Shown in pieces: positions 13,332-26,104 of a DNA stretch of 64,000 nucleotides (position 1 is the first letter of the stretch; each line of letters opens with the position of its first letter). The translations under genes were made by a program, and so were the position numbers. Origin of the DNA: Basidiobolus meristosporus CBS 931.73. Lineage: Eukaryota; Fungi; Basidiobolomycota. The DNA is taken from the NCBI GenBank assembly GCA_002104905.1, contig MCFE01000010.1:124001-188000 (forward strand). Direction: 5' to 3'. The notes below the pieces were generated by a model, which was given only the letters and a program-made list of their open reading frames with translations, was not told where the DNA came from and did not search any database.

Positions 13332-14750
13332 CTACGGTATTTTACCAGAGTCTACCACAATGTGCTCCACCTCGATAATCTCCAACTCATCTGCAAAGTA
13401 GGCGTCGTTATTTCCTTCGACGATTCTCCCTATGATAAAGGCTGGCCAACCCTCAGCTTCTTTAATGTCATGGATATACTGTTCGGCCTTGTATTCAGGA
13501 ATCATGATCATCCAGCCTCCTAGTCATGGAGATGCATTTCAGCGCACCTGCAGCCTCATCAAATGAACATTATCCACATACCTGATGCTTCTCCCAAGTA
13601 CCCACTGAAAAGACCAAGGTTCAACATCTTTTCAATGGCATAAACACCTTTGAACATTGGAAGTGTGTGGAATTCAGCTGACACTCTCGCATCAAGCGAG
13701 GTCAGCATTTGCTTGGCCTGACCAAGAATTCCCAACTGGGATACTTTGACCACGCCGTGGGTTCCATGCTTATGTAGGAGCTCTGAAGCAACATGATCAG
13801 TGCGAACCATCGATAGGGTGACAGTACTAACGAGTTGGACCACTAAAGTAGCATGGATTCGATTTTAATCAGGCTACCAAGCTCTAGAGTATGACCAGAT
13901 GTTACCTTCTTCTTGTCCAAGGTTTATGCCGAGTTTTTCCCGGTGTGATTGATTGAACAGATACTCGCGAGCCATCATTACCACCTGGGTGCCCAAGGGC
14001 TTGGTAAGCACTATTACATCGCCAGCTATGGGTTTGATAGGCTTGACGTCTGATTTTTGAGGACATATCTTTCGTGCCTCCGAAAGGAACTGCTGGGGAT
14101 CGATTTTGTTACACTTGACGCAGGTCATAAGGTTAGTGCCCTATGCATTCTTTTATAAGGCGCTATGGAATCACCTTAAACAGAGTGTATAGCTCAATCA
14201 AATTGTCTTGCTTCTCTTCGGGTAGATGCTCAAGAAGCGTGTCCAGCAGAGCATCACCGCTGCCTAAAGCGAGATTAATTGAGTTTTAGTTAATGGACAG
14301 GGATGCTTCTGATCCAGCAGAACTTACACCTTCTGAAGGGAGTCGGAGATTCGGAAGCAGGCCCCCCATTGATGTTTGAATACGAAGATTTGCTCAGGCC
14401 TGCGTTGTGGGTCTGGGCTTCTAAATCTGATGTATCACTTTTGCCCGCAACACCATCCATGTTAATGAAACAATGGCTTTGTTACCAGAACACAAGACCT
14501 GACTCTTGTTTTTTGAACGAATCGGTAAGTATGTTGAGAGGCCACTCACTTCTTATATTTCAATCCGAGGCGAAGGTGGGCTAAGGGGATTGACGTGGCT
14601 TGGTGAGATCCGTTTTTCTTCAGAGCTCCAAGTTGCCGCTAAAGTGAGTTTAACATGCTTACCTTTGTTTACATCTAGGTCAATACCTCGACCAATGCGC
14701 GCTACTTGCGAATCATGCGGTTGGTGCAAACAAATAGCAAACTGAGACAT
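13332..14750 (-). CDS. Truncated selenophosphate-synthetase (SelD/SPS) C-terminal-domain protein with an N-terminal RST-like helical domain; 5' end uncertain (ATG 14460 or further upstream)
   Basis: Introns 14264-14327, 14114-14174, 13843-13905 and 13520-13581 splice in frame. GDVIVLTKPLGTQV, HKHGTHG...LGILGQA, FHTLP, GEASGGWMI and GWPAFIIGRIVEG...IIEV match the SPS AIRS_C domain. Confidence 0.75.
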
Positions 14751-15256
14751 TCGTCACCACCTAGGTCCACACTGTGCCTAACCGATTGGGCTCCCATCGG
14801 GTGACCCTCTCAGTTACAAATTTCACTGAACTCACTATGTCTGGCCATCAGTAGAAATCGATATGAATATGTGGCCTAGGTTTAGCCGGACTTCCTGCAC
14901 AGATCAGCCCTCGTTGGGTGTAACTATTTTGATCCAAACCGGTTTCCATATTCGAAAGCACGATACTTGGTTTGTCATGTGAAATGACCAGTGGCTCAGC
15001 TGTCATGTGTAGGAACGATCATGCAAAAACGATCAACCGCTTGTCGAGCTCTACTTGAATTGGCTTGAAGTGCTGACTCACAATGGTCAGGATTTATTTA
15101 TATGGGCTAGATTATGAATTCACCTTTGATAAATACAATAACTTAAGAATTCCTATCATCGGGCAACTTGCGATAGTTAATATTTTGGACAAACGAACTC
15201 TCAGCCACCTCAAGGCAGTTGGCAGCAGTCTTTGGCGGATGTCAAGCTAACCTGCA

Positions 15257-16451
15257 TTATGTCCAAATTCCAATGATCGACATGCTGATCGCACCCGCGT
15301 ACATGGCAATAAAGTAGATGATCTTGCGCAGCTTTCTCTCGGCCTTGAATTGTGGGCTGAACATGAAGTCCATGGTAATCAGATTGACCAATGCCATGTA
15401 GATAAGAATGCCGCCGGATATCGCATCGAAAACTCCCTCAATCACCAGGGTATTTGGGTCGTTGGCCTTGTAAGAGTTTCTTATCAGTATTCCGATAAAT
15501 GCCCCGAATGGTGCCATGAATGCATAGGCGAGGCCGTTTAGGAGAGGTACCATAATCTTGTGGGGGTCCAGCTCACAGATACGTGCACCCAGGCCAATTC
15601 CTTCGAACATTTGATGAAATATTAAGGCTGCGAGCAAGGTCTTAAACTGGTCACCAGTGGTTACTCCAAGAGTGATGCCAACTGGAACGGAATGTAGCCA
15701 GATCCCAAACTCAAGCATGTAGGTAGATAGCTTCCTGCGCTTGAAATTCACACTGTCCATGACCGCGGACATATCGCCATGAGAGTGGGCACAGCTGTGT
15801 GCTTGGGCTTGTGGGTTGGGGTGGTGACTGGCATGCCTGTATTCAACATCTTTTTCTTCGTTGGTGATGGATGAATCTTCGGTCATCCCGCTAGCCAAAT
15901 ATTCAAGTAGCTGGTTCATCAAGGCCGCAGCCATGGCAATTGCCCCTGCCAATGGTGGATACTGGTGGAAAAAGTCGGATTGGCACACGTGAGTCAGACT
16001 TGCAATGGCTTCTGGCATCATGTGTACAAAGCTAAGGATCAAATATTAATTCGGGGGTTGGGGCAGCATACGTCACAACGAATTACCCTGTGGAGATTAC
16101 CACTCCAGTACCAAAATGCCTTCCAAGGTTTACTGGAAAGGAGTCAACACCGATTTTGAAGACCTTGATAAGAAACATCGGGAGGAATACACCGACAATG
16201 CTTGTGACCAAAACAACTACGGCTCCGATGATATGCTGATTTAGGTCGTATTCCCCCATGTCGGTGTGAGCGCAGTAGTATTCTTTGGTCTGGCCATTGT
16301 AGATAAAGCTGCCATCTGCAAAGGGTCATTTAATATACGAACAAGAGCTATCAAAAACCTAAACCAGCCAGTTACCCTCTGCTGAGCCTTGGGCTAGAGT
16401 GAAAGGTGTCCACAGCGTGAGAGAAGTCAGTAGTATAGAGTAGATCAACAT
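15257..16451 (-). CDS. ZIP-family zinc/iron transporter (Zrt1-like) with signal peptide, 3 exons
   Basis: Hydrophobic leader MLIYSILLTSLTLW, GRHFGTGVVISTG|FVHM, His-rich loop, LEFGIWLHSVPVG, FHQMFEGIGLG, DAISGGILIYMAL. Confidence 0.92.
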
Positions 16452-19400
16452 GTTTGTAGAAACAACTGGTAGAACTGATGGTTTGAGAGCCCTCCCCCTC
16501 AATTTATACCAACGTGTTCAGAGAAAAATGTTCGACGCTCTTGATCAATCTGGACGTCCGATGTATGACTCGTTAACCACTTCTATAATTTGTGCAACAT
16601 CAAACCTAATTCAGTATAAGCTACAGCAAAATCTTCCATATGCATCCACCACATTTATCAGATCTGCCTCGACGGTTCTCACAGTGCTGTTTGTCTTTCG
16701 AAGACGTGCGCGCGCGCGAGAGACTCTAGAACGGGAATGCCTCTTCCGAGACCAACAGTGACAAGAACGTAGATCAGTCTCAAAATTTGCCTTAACGAAC
16801 AGCACCGATGAATTGATAAATTGGGCAACATTAGAGTGTTTGGATTTCTAATAGTCTAGGAAGCTAGTCAACTTGGTATATTAATTAGGAATGGAATGGA
16901 AATCTAGATGACAGTGCGAAAGATATCTGATCCGTTTTGTATACCAATTCTACCATCAATGGCCAACTGGCAGAGTCACCTCTCCAATGAATCACATACG
17001 ATGTGTATTAGTGAGGATGGACTAACTTCGGCATGTGCTGGTATGCTTCCATTCGATGTGAGCGGCCACTTCGAATAAGCCGACCAACTTGGAATCCTGT
17101 TGAGTGCAATTGACCGGCATACCTGACGCTCCTCTTCCATTTCCAGGAAATATTCCATATGCATCGAGGCCTCACAAGCTATTTGGAGTAAAGTTAGTAA
17201 TCTTCTCATCTATTGACATTGACATAGCTCCTTCCTTTGTCTTGTCTTTTATTAGCGTGCAAACCGATAGGTTATCTGATTCTACTTGCCAAAATGCGAA
17301 TGTTAGTAACGTAAACTACGGGTGAACGATTAATGTTCTAGTGCATCCAGCGGGCCAACATCCTACCATATTACCAACCACCTGACAGCCCTTCATCTGG
17401 TAACAATTTTTATCTGGACACCTTACCTCCGCCTTTAAAGGGACAATATCTACGATATTGGAGGGGGATTATGGAAGTCAGATGATTGGTAACTGCTTAA
17501 TTTGGGAGGCGGCTTCGAGTATCTCCGTGGCCTAGTGATAAGGCTGGGTGGTAGAAGTATTCAAAATGCGGTGCATTTGGAGCTCCTAGTATCTTCATAC
17601 TATATTACAATGACAGCACTAGCTGTTTCCTAGTCATGGTTATCAGATATATGGTTGATCAGGTCCCATTACTCCATTTAGGTAGTCATAAAATCGGGAA
17701 AAATGCTCCGATGTCAAAAGAATTATTTGCAACTCCTCATAAGAGTGCTGTCAGTACAGACAATAGATTCCACACATTTAAATGTTCTCTATCCTAGTCA
17801 AACACAGAATGGTCCACAGCTGAAATGGTTGCAGCTCATCCGCCAATTTCACGTATGCCTTCTAGCATTCCATTTGGGCTGGCTGAGCATGAAGCCTAAC
17901 CACAAGGATATCAACCGCCCGGACTTTGACAGCAATAAAATTAGCAGCCAGTATTCATAAGGGTGAAATTCATTGCAATCATTGTTCCGGTACTTCGAGT
18001 TCCTGACAGTTGGCTTCGTTCTTGAATATCAAGCGAGCATTCATTGCTTGATGTAATGTTGACGGGATGCGGGGCCCTGCTGATGAACTCTGCTGGATGA
18101 GTAAGGAAGTGCATTCACTATCCAGTCATAGTGTCCGCACTATAGACGCTCGTACTGACTACTAATGCTACGTAGTATTAAGGTATCGGCATCATCTACT
18201 TGTGAATCTAGAAGCATCAATTCGCCATTTATGGATTGACCACAGCTATATCGATGTTATTCTCCAAAATGCGTATTATTAAGAATCATATATCATGCGA
18301 TTCACAACTGTCTTTGGTTCTCCAGCGCTCGTATCTTAGATCAGTTAATATTACCGAACAAAGTTAATCGCGACAATATTCAGGAACACCAAATCGAATA
18401 GCAATAGTCCCTTTTCTAGGCTACTTGCTGGAGATCTTATGGATAATCATGAGGAAACAACGCCCAGCTACAACTTAGTGTAACCGTGAGGAGATGGTAC
18501 TCCACTGAGCTTTCCAATCTCGACTATACAGAGTCAATTGCTTCTGTCTCATAACTACGTTAAGTGATATGATTTCGCTCGCGCCAGGAATTGGAAAACC
18601 ATTACATCATTGGATGTTTCATCCTCCCTCGAATCCGGCAAAACAACCCAAGTTCAGCAGCTAGAGGATTGAATCCACTTTATTCGATACAATCCCCATA
18701 GGCGCTTGCTTTTCACTGATGCCTTGCATGAAGATACTTGCATCCATACCAAACCAGAATTTTGGGGAAATCCGATAAAAAAGTTTAAGCGAGTTCCATA
18801 CGAAGAAGAGCTGTAGCCGACGCTTGATGTCATAGTATCCTGCTACGTAATCAGAGTTATGTCCAAGTCTAATCCGACCTGGGCTGTGAAGTAAATTTGT
18901 TGAACTTGAGAAAGTGCAGGGTCTCAAGATCCCAGGGAGGATGGGCTATACTGTGGAGTTGTCATGCTGTTTGGTTCTGTCTTCATCCTCCTTCAACTAC
19001 AGGGTGTAGAGTCTGCTCATCAAATTGATCTACAGACTTCTCGGTCGATGTAACGCTTCGGCCTGATCTTCAGCCACCAGACACAGGATAATGGCTCCTT
19101 GTATCTAGAGCCGCAACCAATGGTGTTTTACGAGGGGAGTCTCTTGGATGTATCTACCCCAATTAACGTTGATCGACTGCGTGATCTTGGATTGTACGAA
19201 GGTGGCGGTGTCAATGGTAGACTGGTAATTTCCGTACTCAGCAATGTGGCACTTGGATCCAATGGGCTCAGCAAGTACAGGCAGAGTCGAGACAGGGAAA
19301 TTGCAGCAGGGCAATCGATAATGACCTGCCCCCGATCGATAAAAGCCATTCTTGTATGGTGCCCATTTTAAGCAGAAAAGTGGATCAGAGAGAGGCTTCA

Positions 19401-19980
19401 TTATCAGGAGTCTTCCCTAGGTCTCATCCAGCGGCTGTTTAATGAACCTGGGTGGATATGGGTTGGCTAGCGTGAACCGGTTAATCCTGCAGGCTACAGG
19501 CGACTGCAAACGTCCCATATAGATCGAATGGACCGTCCAACCCATTCTTTTCTTGGCTGATGCTGCAAAAGGATATTCAGGCCTACACATAGTGGTTATC
19601 ACTTCATCCAAGTTGGTGGTTACGTAATAGATAGAGACTGTTTATCGCTTGCGATCTAATTTGGTTAGTAGTTTGGCATAATTTCTCAAGACATGATCTG
19701 ATTTCAGCTGAGAATGAATGCTAAATGAATAGACGCATATATTTCTATTGGTTTGGTGGCGGAAATACGAATTGTACTAAAACGGCTGAATTGAGTCCAT
19801 CGAGGGATGGCCGACACAATGTTGATTGGTAGATGCGTGCAAATCCCGATATAATCAGTTACGGTTTGTTTGACATTTGTCAAGGTTGTATATAAAGACA
19901 GGTCTTCGAATACCAAATCTTAGAAGCTAACGCAATCACATCCGTTCTCTCTTTTCTCATAGAAATCCCTCTCTACGAAC

Positions 19981-22569
19981 ATGAACGGTGGTATCCCTGA
20001 AAGACCTAGACCAAGAAGAAGAAGTTCCACTGTACTTCCTCTCCCTGTACTTACTCCAAAGTACGAGGACCATAGAAAGAAGTTTACTGAGGAAGAGCGC
20101 AAGCTTTGGAACGAATTGATCGAAAAAAACGAGGATGACATTACGGCCATTCAAACTGCCATTGCTCGTCATATGGCTACCACCTTGGCTAGAACTCCAT
20201 ATAATGTGGACGACTTTGCCGGTTATCTTGCAACTGCATACAGTGTTCGTGATAGATTGATCAAGCGCTGGAATGAAACTCAAGAGTACCATACCGCACA
20301 TGACCCAAAAAGAGTGTACTACCTCTCCATGGAGTTCTTGATTGGCCGTTCATTAGACAATGCTTTGTTGGCCCTTGGTCTTAAGGACAACTACAAAGAA
20401 GGTGTTAAACAGCTCGGATTCACCATGGAGGATCTTATTGACGAAGAGAAGGACGCCGCCTTGGGTAACGGAGGTCTTGGTCGTCTTGCTGCTTGCTACA
20501 TGGATTCTTTGGCTACTCTTGATTACCCTGCCTGGGGTTATGGTATTCGTTACAACTATGGTATGTTCCAACAGAAGATTGTTGACGGATTTCAGACCGA
20601 GGTGCCAGATTACTGGCTCAATTTCGGAAATCCTTGGGAGCTTCCTCGCCTTGATATTTCGGTAGATGTCCGCTTCTATGGCTACGTAGACAAGAACTAC
20701 GATGGTGCCGGTAGGGCCAAGTACACCTGGGATGGTGGTCAAATTGTTCAGGCAGTTGCCTACGATGTCCCCATCCCCGGTTATGATACCAAGAATTGCA
20801 TCAATATTCGTCTCTGGAGCAGTAAGCCCACTAAGAGCTTTGACCTCGAGAGTTTCAATGAGGGTGATTACGATAAGTCGGTTGGAGAGCAGAAGTCTGC
20901 TGAGAACATCACATCTGTTCTATACCCTAACGACAACCATATGGTCGGGAAGGAGCTCCGTCTCAAACAAGAATACTTCTTCGTCTGTGCCACTCTTCAT
21001 GATATCATCCGTCGTTTCAAGAAGACCAAGCGCCCTTGGAGAGAATTCCCTGAGCAGGTTGCTATCCAGCTCAATGATACTCACCCCACCCTCGGTATCC
21101 CAGAACTACAGCGTCTTCTTATTGATGAGGAGGGTCTTGAATGGGATGCTGCATGGGATATTGTTAGTCGTACTTACGCTTTTACAAATCATACCATTCT
21201 TCCCGAAGCTATGGAGAAATGGTCAGTACCAATGCTTGAGCACGTACTGCCTAGACATATGATGATCATCTACGATATCAATTTATTCTTCCTTCAATCG
21301 GTTGAAAAGAGCTACCCTGGAGATCGTGATCTTCTGAACCGTATCTCCATTATCGAGGAGTCTAGCCCCCAAAACGTTCGAATGGCTCATCTGGCCATTG
21401 TTGGTTCCCACCGGGTTAACGGTGTCGCTGCTCTGCACTCTGACTTGATTCAAAAGACCATTTTCAAAGACTTCGTCGAGTACTATGGACAAAGCAAATT
21501 CGAAAACAAGACCAACGGTGTCACCCCTAGAAGATGGCTTCATCAATGTAACCCAGGCCTTAGTGACCTTATTACCAAGAAACTTGGCGATGACAAATGG
21601 GCCACCCATCTTACCGAGCTCGCCAAACTTAAGCAGTTCGCTGATGATAAGGAATTCCAAAAGGAATGGATGGCAGTCAAGAAGAGTAACAAAGAACGCC
21701 TAGCCAAACATATTGAAGAGCGTTGTGGCGTCAAGGTCAACCCTGAAGCCATGTTTGATGTTCAAGTTAAACGTATTCATGAATACAAACGTCAATACAT
21801 GAACATCCTGAGCGTCATTTATCGCTACTCCTCATTGAAAGCCATGAGCAAGACCGAGAGGGAAAAGCAGGTCCCTAGAGTGGTTATCTTCGGTGGTAAG
21901 GCTGCACCCGGCTACTATGTTGCCAAATTGGTCATCAAGCTTATCAACAGCGTGGCTGATGTGGTGAATGCGGACAAAGAGATTGGTGATTTGCTCAAGG
22001 TTGTATTCATCCCTGATTACAACGTGTCTATCGCCGAGGTTATCATTCCTGCAAGTGATATTTCTCAACATATCTCAACCGCAGGTACTGAGGCATCAGG
22101 TACCTCCAATATGAAGTTCGTTCTGAACGGTGGTATTATTTTGGGCACCGTTGATGGTGCCAACGTCGAAATCAATGAGGAGATCGGTGACGACAACATC
22201 TTCACTTTTGGTGTGCTTACTCATGAGGTTGATGACTATAGACATGCCATGAGATATCGCAACCTACCTATGGATCCTCAACTCCAGAAGGTTCTTGATG
22301 TTATTTATTCTGGCGTCTTCGGCGATCCAAACGTCTTCGCACCTCTGCTATACACTCTTCAAAACGGAGGAGATGTCTACCTTGTCTCGGTAGACTTCCC
22401 AAGATACCTCAAGGCACAGGCGCAGGTTGATGAAGCCTACAAGAACAGAGAGGCATGGGCCAAAAAATCAATTATGTGCACTGCCGGAATGGCCAAGTTC
22501 TCCTCAGATCGCGCCATCAAGGAGTACGCCGAATCCATCTGGAACATCAAACCCTGCCGTCTTCCTTAG
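19981..22569 (+). CDS. GPH1: Glycogen phosphorylase (intronless)
   Basis: [46 protein letters not shown] and [13 protein letters not shown]-lysine motif. Confidence 0.98.
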   Translation: MNGGIPERPRPRRRSSTVLPLPVLTPKYEDHRKKFTEEERKLWNELIEKNEDDITAIQTAIARHMATTLARTPYNVDDFAGYLATAYSVRDRLIKRWNETQEYHTAHDPKRVYYLSMEFLIGRSLDNALLALGLKDNYKEGVKQLGFTMEDLIDEEKDAALGNGGLGRLAACYMDSLATLDYPAWGYGIRYNYGMFQQKIVDGFQTEVPDYWLNFGNPWELPRLDISVDVRFYGYVDKNYDGAGRAKYTWDGGQIVQAVAYDVPIPGYDTKNCINIRLWSSKPTKSFDLESFNEGDYDKSVGEQKSAENITSVLYPNDNHMVGKELRLKQEYFFVCATLHDIIRRFKKTKRPWREFPEQVAIQLNDTHPTLGIPELQRLLIDEEGLEWDAAWDIVSRTYAFTNHTILPEAMEKWSVPMLEHVLPRHMMIIYDINLFFLQSVEKSYPGDRDLLNRISIIEESSPQNVRMAHLAIVGSHRVNGVAALHSDLIQKTIFKDFVEYYGQSKFENKTNGVTPRRWLHQCNPGLSDLITKKLGDDKWATHLTELAKLKQFADDKEFQKEWMAVKKSNKERLAKHIEERCGVKVNPEAMFDVQVKRIHEYKRQYMNILSVIYRYSSLKAMSKTEREKQVPRVVIFGGKAAPGYYVAKLVIKLINSVADVVNADKEIGDLLKVVFIPDYNVSIAEVIIPASDISQHISTAGTEASGTSNMKFVLNGGIILGTVDGANVEINEEIGDDNIFTFGVLTHEVDDYRHAMRYRNLPMDPQLQKVLDVIYSGVFGDPNVFAPLLYTLQNGGDVYLVSVDFPRYLKAQAQVDEAYKNREAWAKKSIMCTAGMAKFSSDRAIKEYAESIWNIKPCRLP

Positions 22570-23328
22570 ATGTTGAACTGTAAGATAGTTTTTGCCAGGT
22601 TGCGTGCTCGTGCGCGTCACTCTCGGCCTCTCCAATGTTCACTATTGCCTTTTTCTACCAACTTGTATTTTGAAATTCATATAAAGACAAAGTTACCACT
22701 ATTCAAGCAATTCGAGGCAGATAGGCAGAGATTAAGTCGGTTATCTTGCAAATACGATCTGCTCTTCAACAGGTATCCCTTGTGACAGGATGGTTGGTAG
22801 CGATTTTCATTTAGCTATTGGTCCGTTTCTATTCATTTTGCGCATCTCAAGCATACCGAACCCGGTTGATTTCCAAACCACTAGCCCGAAATGACAATAT
22901 CTACTATGCCACTTCCCAACAATCACCATGGAAATGGTGAAAAATAAGCAGTGACATATCAGCCATTGGCCAGAGCTGTAGCCATCCACTTTTATGGGTT
23001 GTGTACATCTGCAGTCGAATTCTATTTTGAGTTACCAGATCAGTTGCTGGATAAGAAGAGCGATTTGTTTTAAATAATAATCAACCTTTCCATTGCGGGA
23101 GCAGTTATATCTGTCAACCTATTACATGGACTAGCCTTCAGGTAATATCAATAAAATCCGATATGGCCTTCTGTAAGGAAAATCTAAATTGAATAATGCT
23201 AAGGATGCTTGTGACTGAAGCAGCATTTAAATAGAGCCAATCTGCGTGAGCGAACGCAAATCCACTAGGCCTTCATAAACACACATTGCCATCAATCTGA
23301 ACACCGCTTAACATCCCTTACCTCTCTC

Positions 23329-23802
23329 ATGAAGCTCACTACTCTTTTACTTACTGCTGCCACTGGTGCCCTCGCGGTTAAGAATTACGCTCCCGAGTTA
23401 CCCAAAAACACTACTTGCCCAGTGATTCAAGCAGGAACATATGTGCAATGCCGTGTCAATGCATTGCATAGCTCCCCTTGCAGCGATATTAGATGCAAAT
23501 GTCTACAGGCAAGAAACCTTGCTCATTGCATCTCGATTTGCTATGAAGATCCATATATCTACTCCAATCTGCAAAATCAAGAGGATGTAGCTCGCAAATG
23601 GTGCTCTCAACTACCAGCATCTATCTTGGCCGAAATGGCTACCCCATCTTCCACCTCTACAGCTGCAGCCGCCACCTCCACTTCCGGATCTGCCGCTGAC
23701 CCTACTAGTGTTAGCATCTTAACTAACTCTGCTAGCTCTGCCCAGTATTCTCAACTTGTTGGGTTGTCTGTTCTTTTGGCAGGGTTGGTCGCCATGTTTT
23801 AG
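23329..23802 (+). CDS. Secreted, probably GPI-anchored 8-Cys CFEM-like protein
   Basis: Signal peptide MKLTTLLLTAATGALA; 8 Cys including C-S-D-x2-C-x-C-x8-C-x3-C; Ser/Thr/Ala-rich stalk; hydrophobic C-terminal tail. Confidence 0.75.
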   Translation: MKLTTLLLTAATGALAVKNYAPELPKNTTCPVIQAGTYVQCRVNALHSSPCSDIRCKCLQARNLAHCISICYEDPYIYSNLQNQEDVARKWCSQLPASILAEMATPSSTSTAAAATSTSGSAADPTSVSILTNSASSAQYSQLVGLSVLLAGLVAMF

Positions 23803-24967
23803 AGTTGCTCGCACGAACCCCACATTCTTACCTTCGCCTGATTTACTGTACCGAACACTTTCAACGAGGCCAGCCAAGATTTAAATGGGCCACGTAGCTT
23901 TGTTTCATAACCCATCCCTCATTACATTATTTCTAATTACATAATTAAATTCGATTAAATAAACAACCTGTAAAGACATTGAAGATTCCTATAAATGAGT
24001 GGGAATGCCGCTGAATATGTTCGTCAAGATATCCTTGATACAGCCTCATGGCTTCCAAGCACTTTTGCGAGTTAGAGAGCGAGGAAGCCTAAGCAAACTG
24101 CCTAGGCTCTCCCGGCAATCATAAACTTTGAGCAGTGAATATACAACTCAACACACAGATACTAGTAACACAGTGCGCAACCCTACTCTGAAGTGGTAAT
24201 TTTTATATGTAGTAGGCGATGTGGCCTCATTGACTTCAAGATTGGTATTGGTGAACTGCATGGAGATATTTCTGCATGGCTGGTACAAAGGTTCTCCTTG
24301 TTGCAATTAGCTAGCTATCCCTATGTTATTGGTTTCTGCCTGCCTAATAATTTGAAACCTGAATATTGGAATACTCCATTGGTTGCTTGGTTGTGACAGT
24401 GGCAAGTATAGTTCAACTGAAGAGTTTTTTCTGGAAATCCAAGCCTATGCAGTGAGAGGCTGGGAGTCCGAGTTATGACAGCTAGATTCGTCAATTTTGA
24501 GTAATAATGAAGAAGGCAGATTGCTGATCACTGGTCGGTGGGTTTTGGTATTGAGCATTGAGCATTGGATGTAACCCCGTCTTGGCGGTATGCTTCCATA
24601 TAGCAGGTGTTAAGTACATACGCTTTAAATTAAACTCTAGGATACAAAGCATGGTACTATGTAAAACAGACTTGGTGGCTCTGAGTGGCTCTTGAAAACC
24701 CTACAAATTGAACAATCAACTTAACTCCCGATATTTGGAAGAAATGAGGTTGGCTGCGTGACCTTCGGAATGTGAAAAGAAGTTGAAAGGATTGCAATTA
24801 CATTCCTGACAGAACAGAGTAGTTTTATCAGAGGAACAAGATGAAAGAACAGGTGGTTTTCGCGTCTGTCGAAAGCTTTTTGGCCAGACAAACCGTGAAT
24901 CCCATGGATGTACAGTAATAAAGTATCTGATGTTGACATTAGAATGTTGTATTGGGTCATAATTGCC

Positions 24968-26104
24968 TTATGGTTTATCTAACCCAAGTTTGGCATACTG
25001 GTCAACAAATTCATCGAACAGCTTATTCAGTCCTAGAAGATTCAGGGGATCCTTGTCATCTTTATCGTGCATAAAACACAGCATGTTGTGGACATCAAAG
25101 GTGATGGCCAGCATGTATCCGTACTCTGACTCGAGGAATACTTGGTCCCCAGTATCAGAATCCCCCGTCAGTTTGTTCCACTGTTGGGCATATTCTTCGC
25201 AAAAGTGTCTTTTCTCTTGCTCAGTGTATTTTCTGCAATTGGCTATCTTGTTCTCCTCATCGAACCATTTAAACATCTTCTGCATAAAGTGTCCTCCAAT
25301 ATCGAGGGCTCGATAATTTCGCATCACAAATTCGAAGTCGATCAGGGCGACTTTGCTTTCACCTTCCTTTGGATCATTTTTGACCAAGATGTTCATGAAT
25401 TGGATGTCATGTATACACCAGCCTGTTTTGGCGCCAAGGGATTCAAGCTTGTCGATAACTGCTCTTAATCTCGATCCGAATTCGTAGTCAACGAGCTTGT
25501 CCACATTGACACCCCCTTCAGTGCCAAGTGCTTTTAGCTTATCCGCCTTATGATACTTCTGAAGCCCCTTGATAATAGCATCATAGTATGGTTCAACTGG
25601 CCGCTTCTCCAGTGGCGCCTTCATGGCGTGAAACGTTGCCAAGGCTCTAGCAACATCTGCTCGGATGACGGCGTTCTCAACGTCCTCTGGCTCCATGTTA
25701 CGTGCCTCCAGAAACTCATCGATTCTACCAAATGACCCATCCAGTGTCACGAAGAAGCCGTATACTTTTGCTCCAAGTCCAGATTGGCCATACTCATAGC
25801 AAAGAAGCGCCTCCTCTTGCTTACTAGGTGCCAGATTCTTGAAGATTTCGGCGTCCGCTAAGGATGTCTTATGGATTTTGATGAATAACTTCAATGGCTC
25901 AATGGGTGTGCCCATTTTTGGCTGTGGTCGCTCTACCGAACAGTGGGCGTTGACAAAAGAGTCATTGTATGACATTGTGAGGGTCTCTGGACACACCGAG
26001 GGCCACTCTTTAGTCAAAAATGTTCCGATAATGTCGCTAATCAATTGTTTAGTTGGCACCCCGTCCTCAGGAAGAGTAACGGAAACAGGTGTTAACGTCG
26101 CCAT
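24968..26104 (-). CDS. Choline/ethanolamine kinase-like protein (APH/ChoK fold), intronless
   Basis: GLGAKVYGFF, GRIDEFLEAR, Brenner-like CIHDIQFMNILV, and LIDFEF...NYRALDIGGHF choline-kinase motif. Confidence 0.85.
   Translation of the reverse strand: MATLTPVSVTLPEDGVPTKQLISDIIGTFLTKEWPSVCPETLTMSYNDSFVNAHCSVERPQPKMGTPIEPLKLFIKIHKTSLADAEIFKNLAPSKQEEALLCYEYGQSGLGAKVYGFFVTLDGSFGRIDEFLEARNMEPEDVENAVIRADVARALATFHAMKAPLEKRPVEPYYDAIIKGLQKYHKADKLKALGTEGGVNVDKLVDYEFGSRLRAVIDKLESLGAKTGWCIHDIQFMNILVKNDPKEGESKVALIDFEFVMRNYRALDIGGHFMQKMFKWFDEENKIANCRKYTEQEKRHFCEEYAQQWNKLTGDSDTGDQVFLESEYGYMLAITFDVHNMLCFMHDKDDKDPLNLLGLNKLFDEFVDQYAKLGLDKP

Noticed and set aside
13332-14850. Possible UGA-selenocysteine recoding or SECIS near the SPS-like gene
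   Set aside because: No in-frame TGA in the model, and the N-terminal region that carries Sec in SPS2 is absent.
17523-17585. tRNA-like start (ctccgtggcctagtgataagg)
   Set aside because: No convincing anticodon stem or TTCGA T-loop; at most a degraded tRNA-like remnant.
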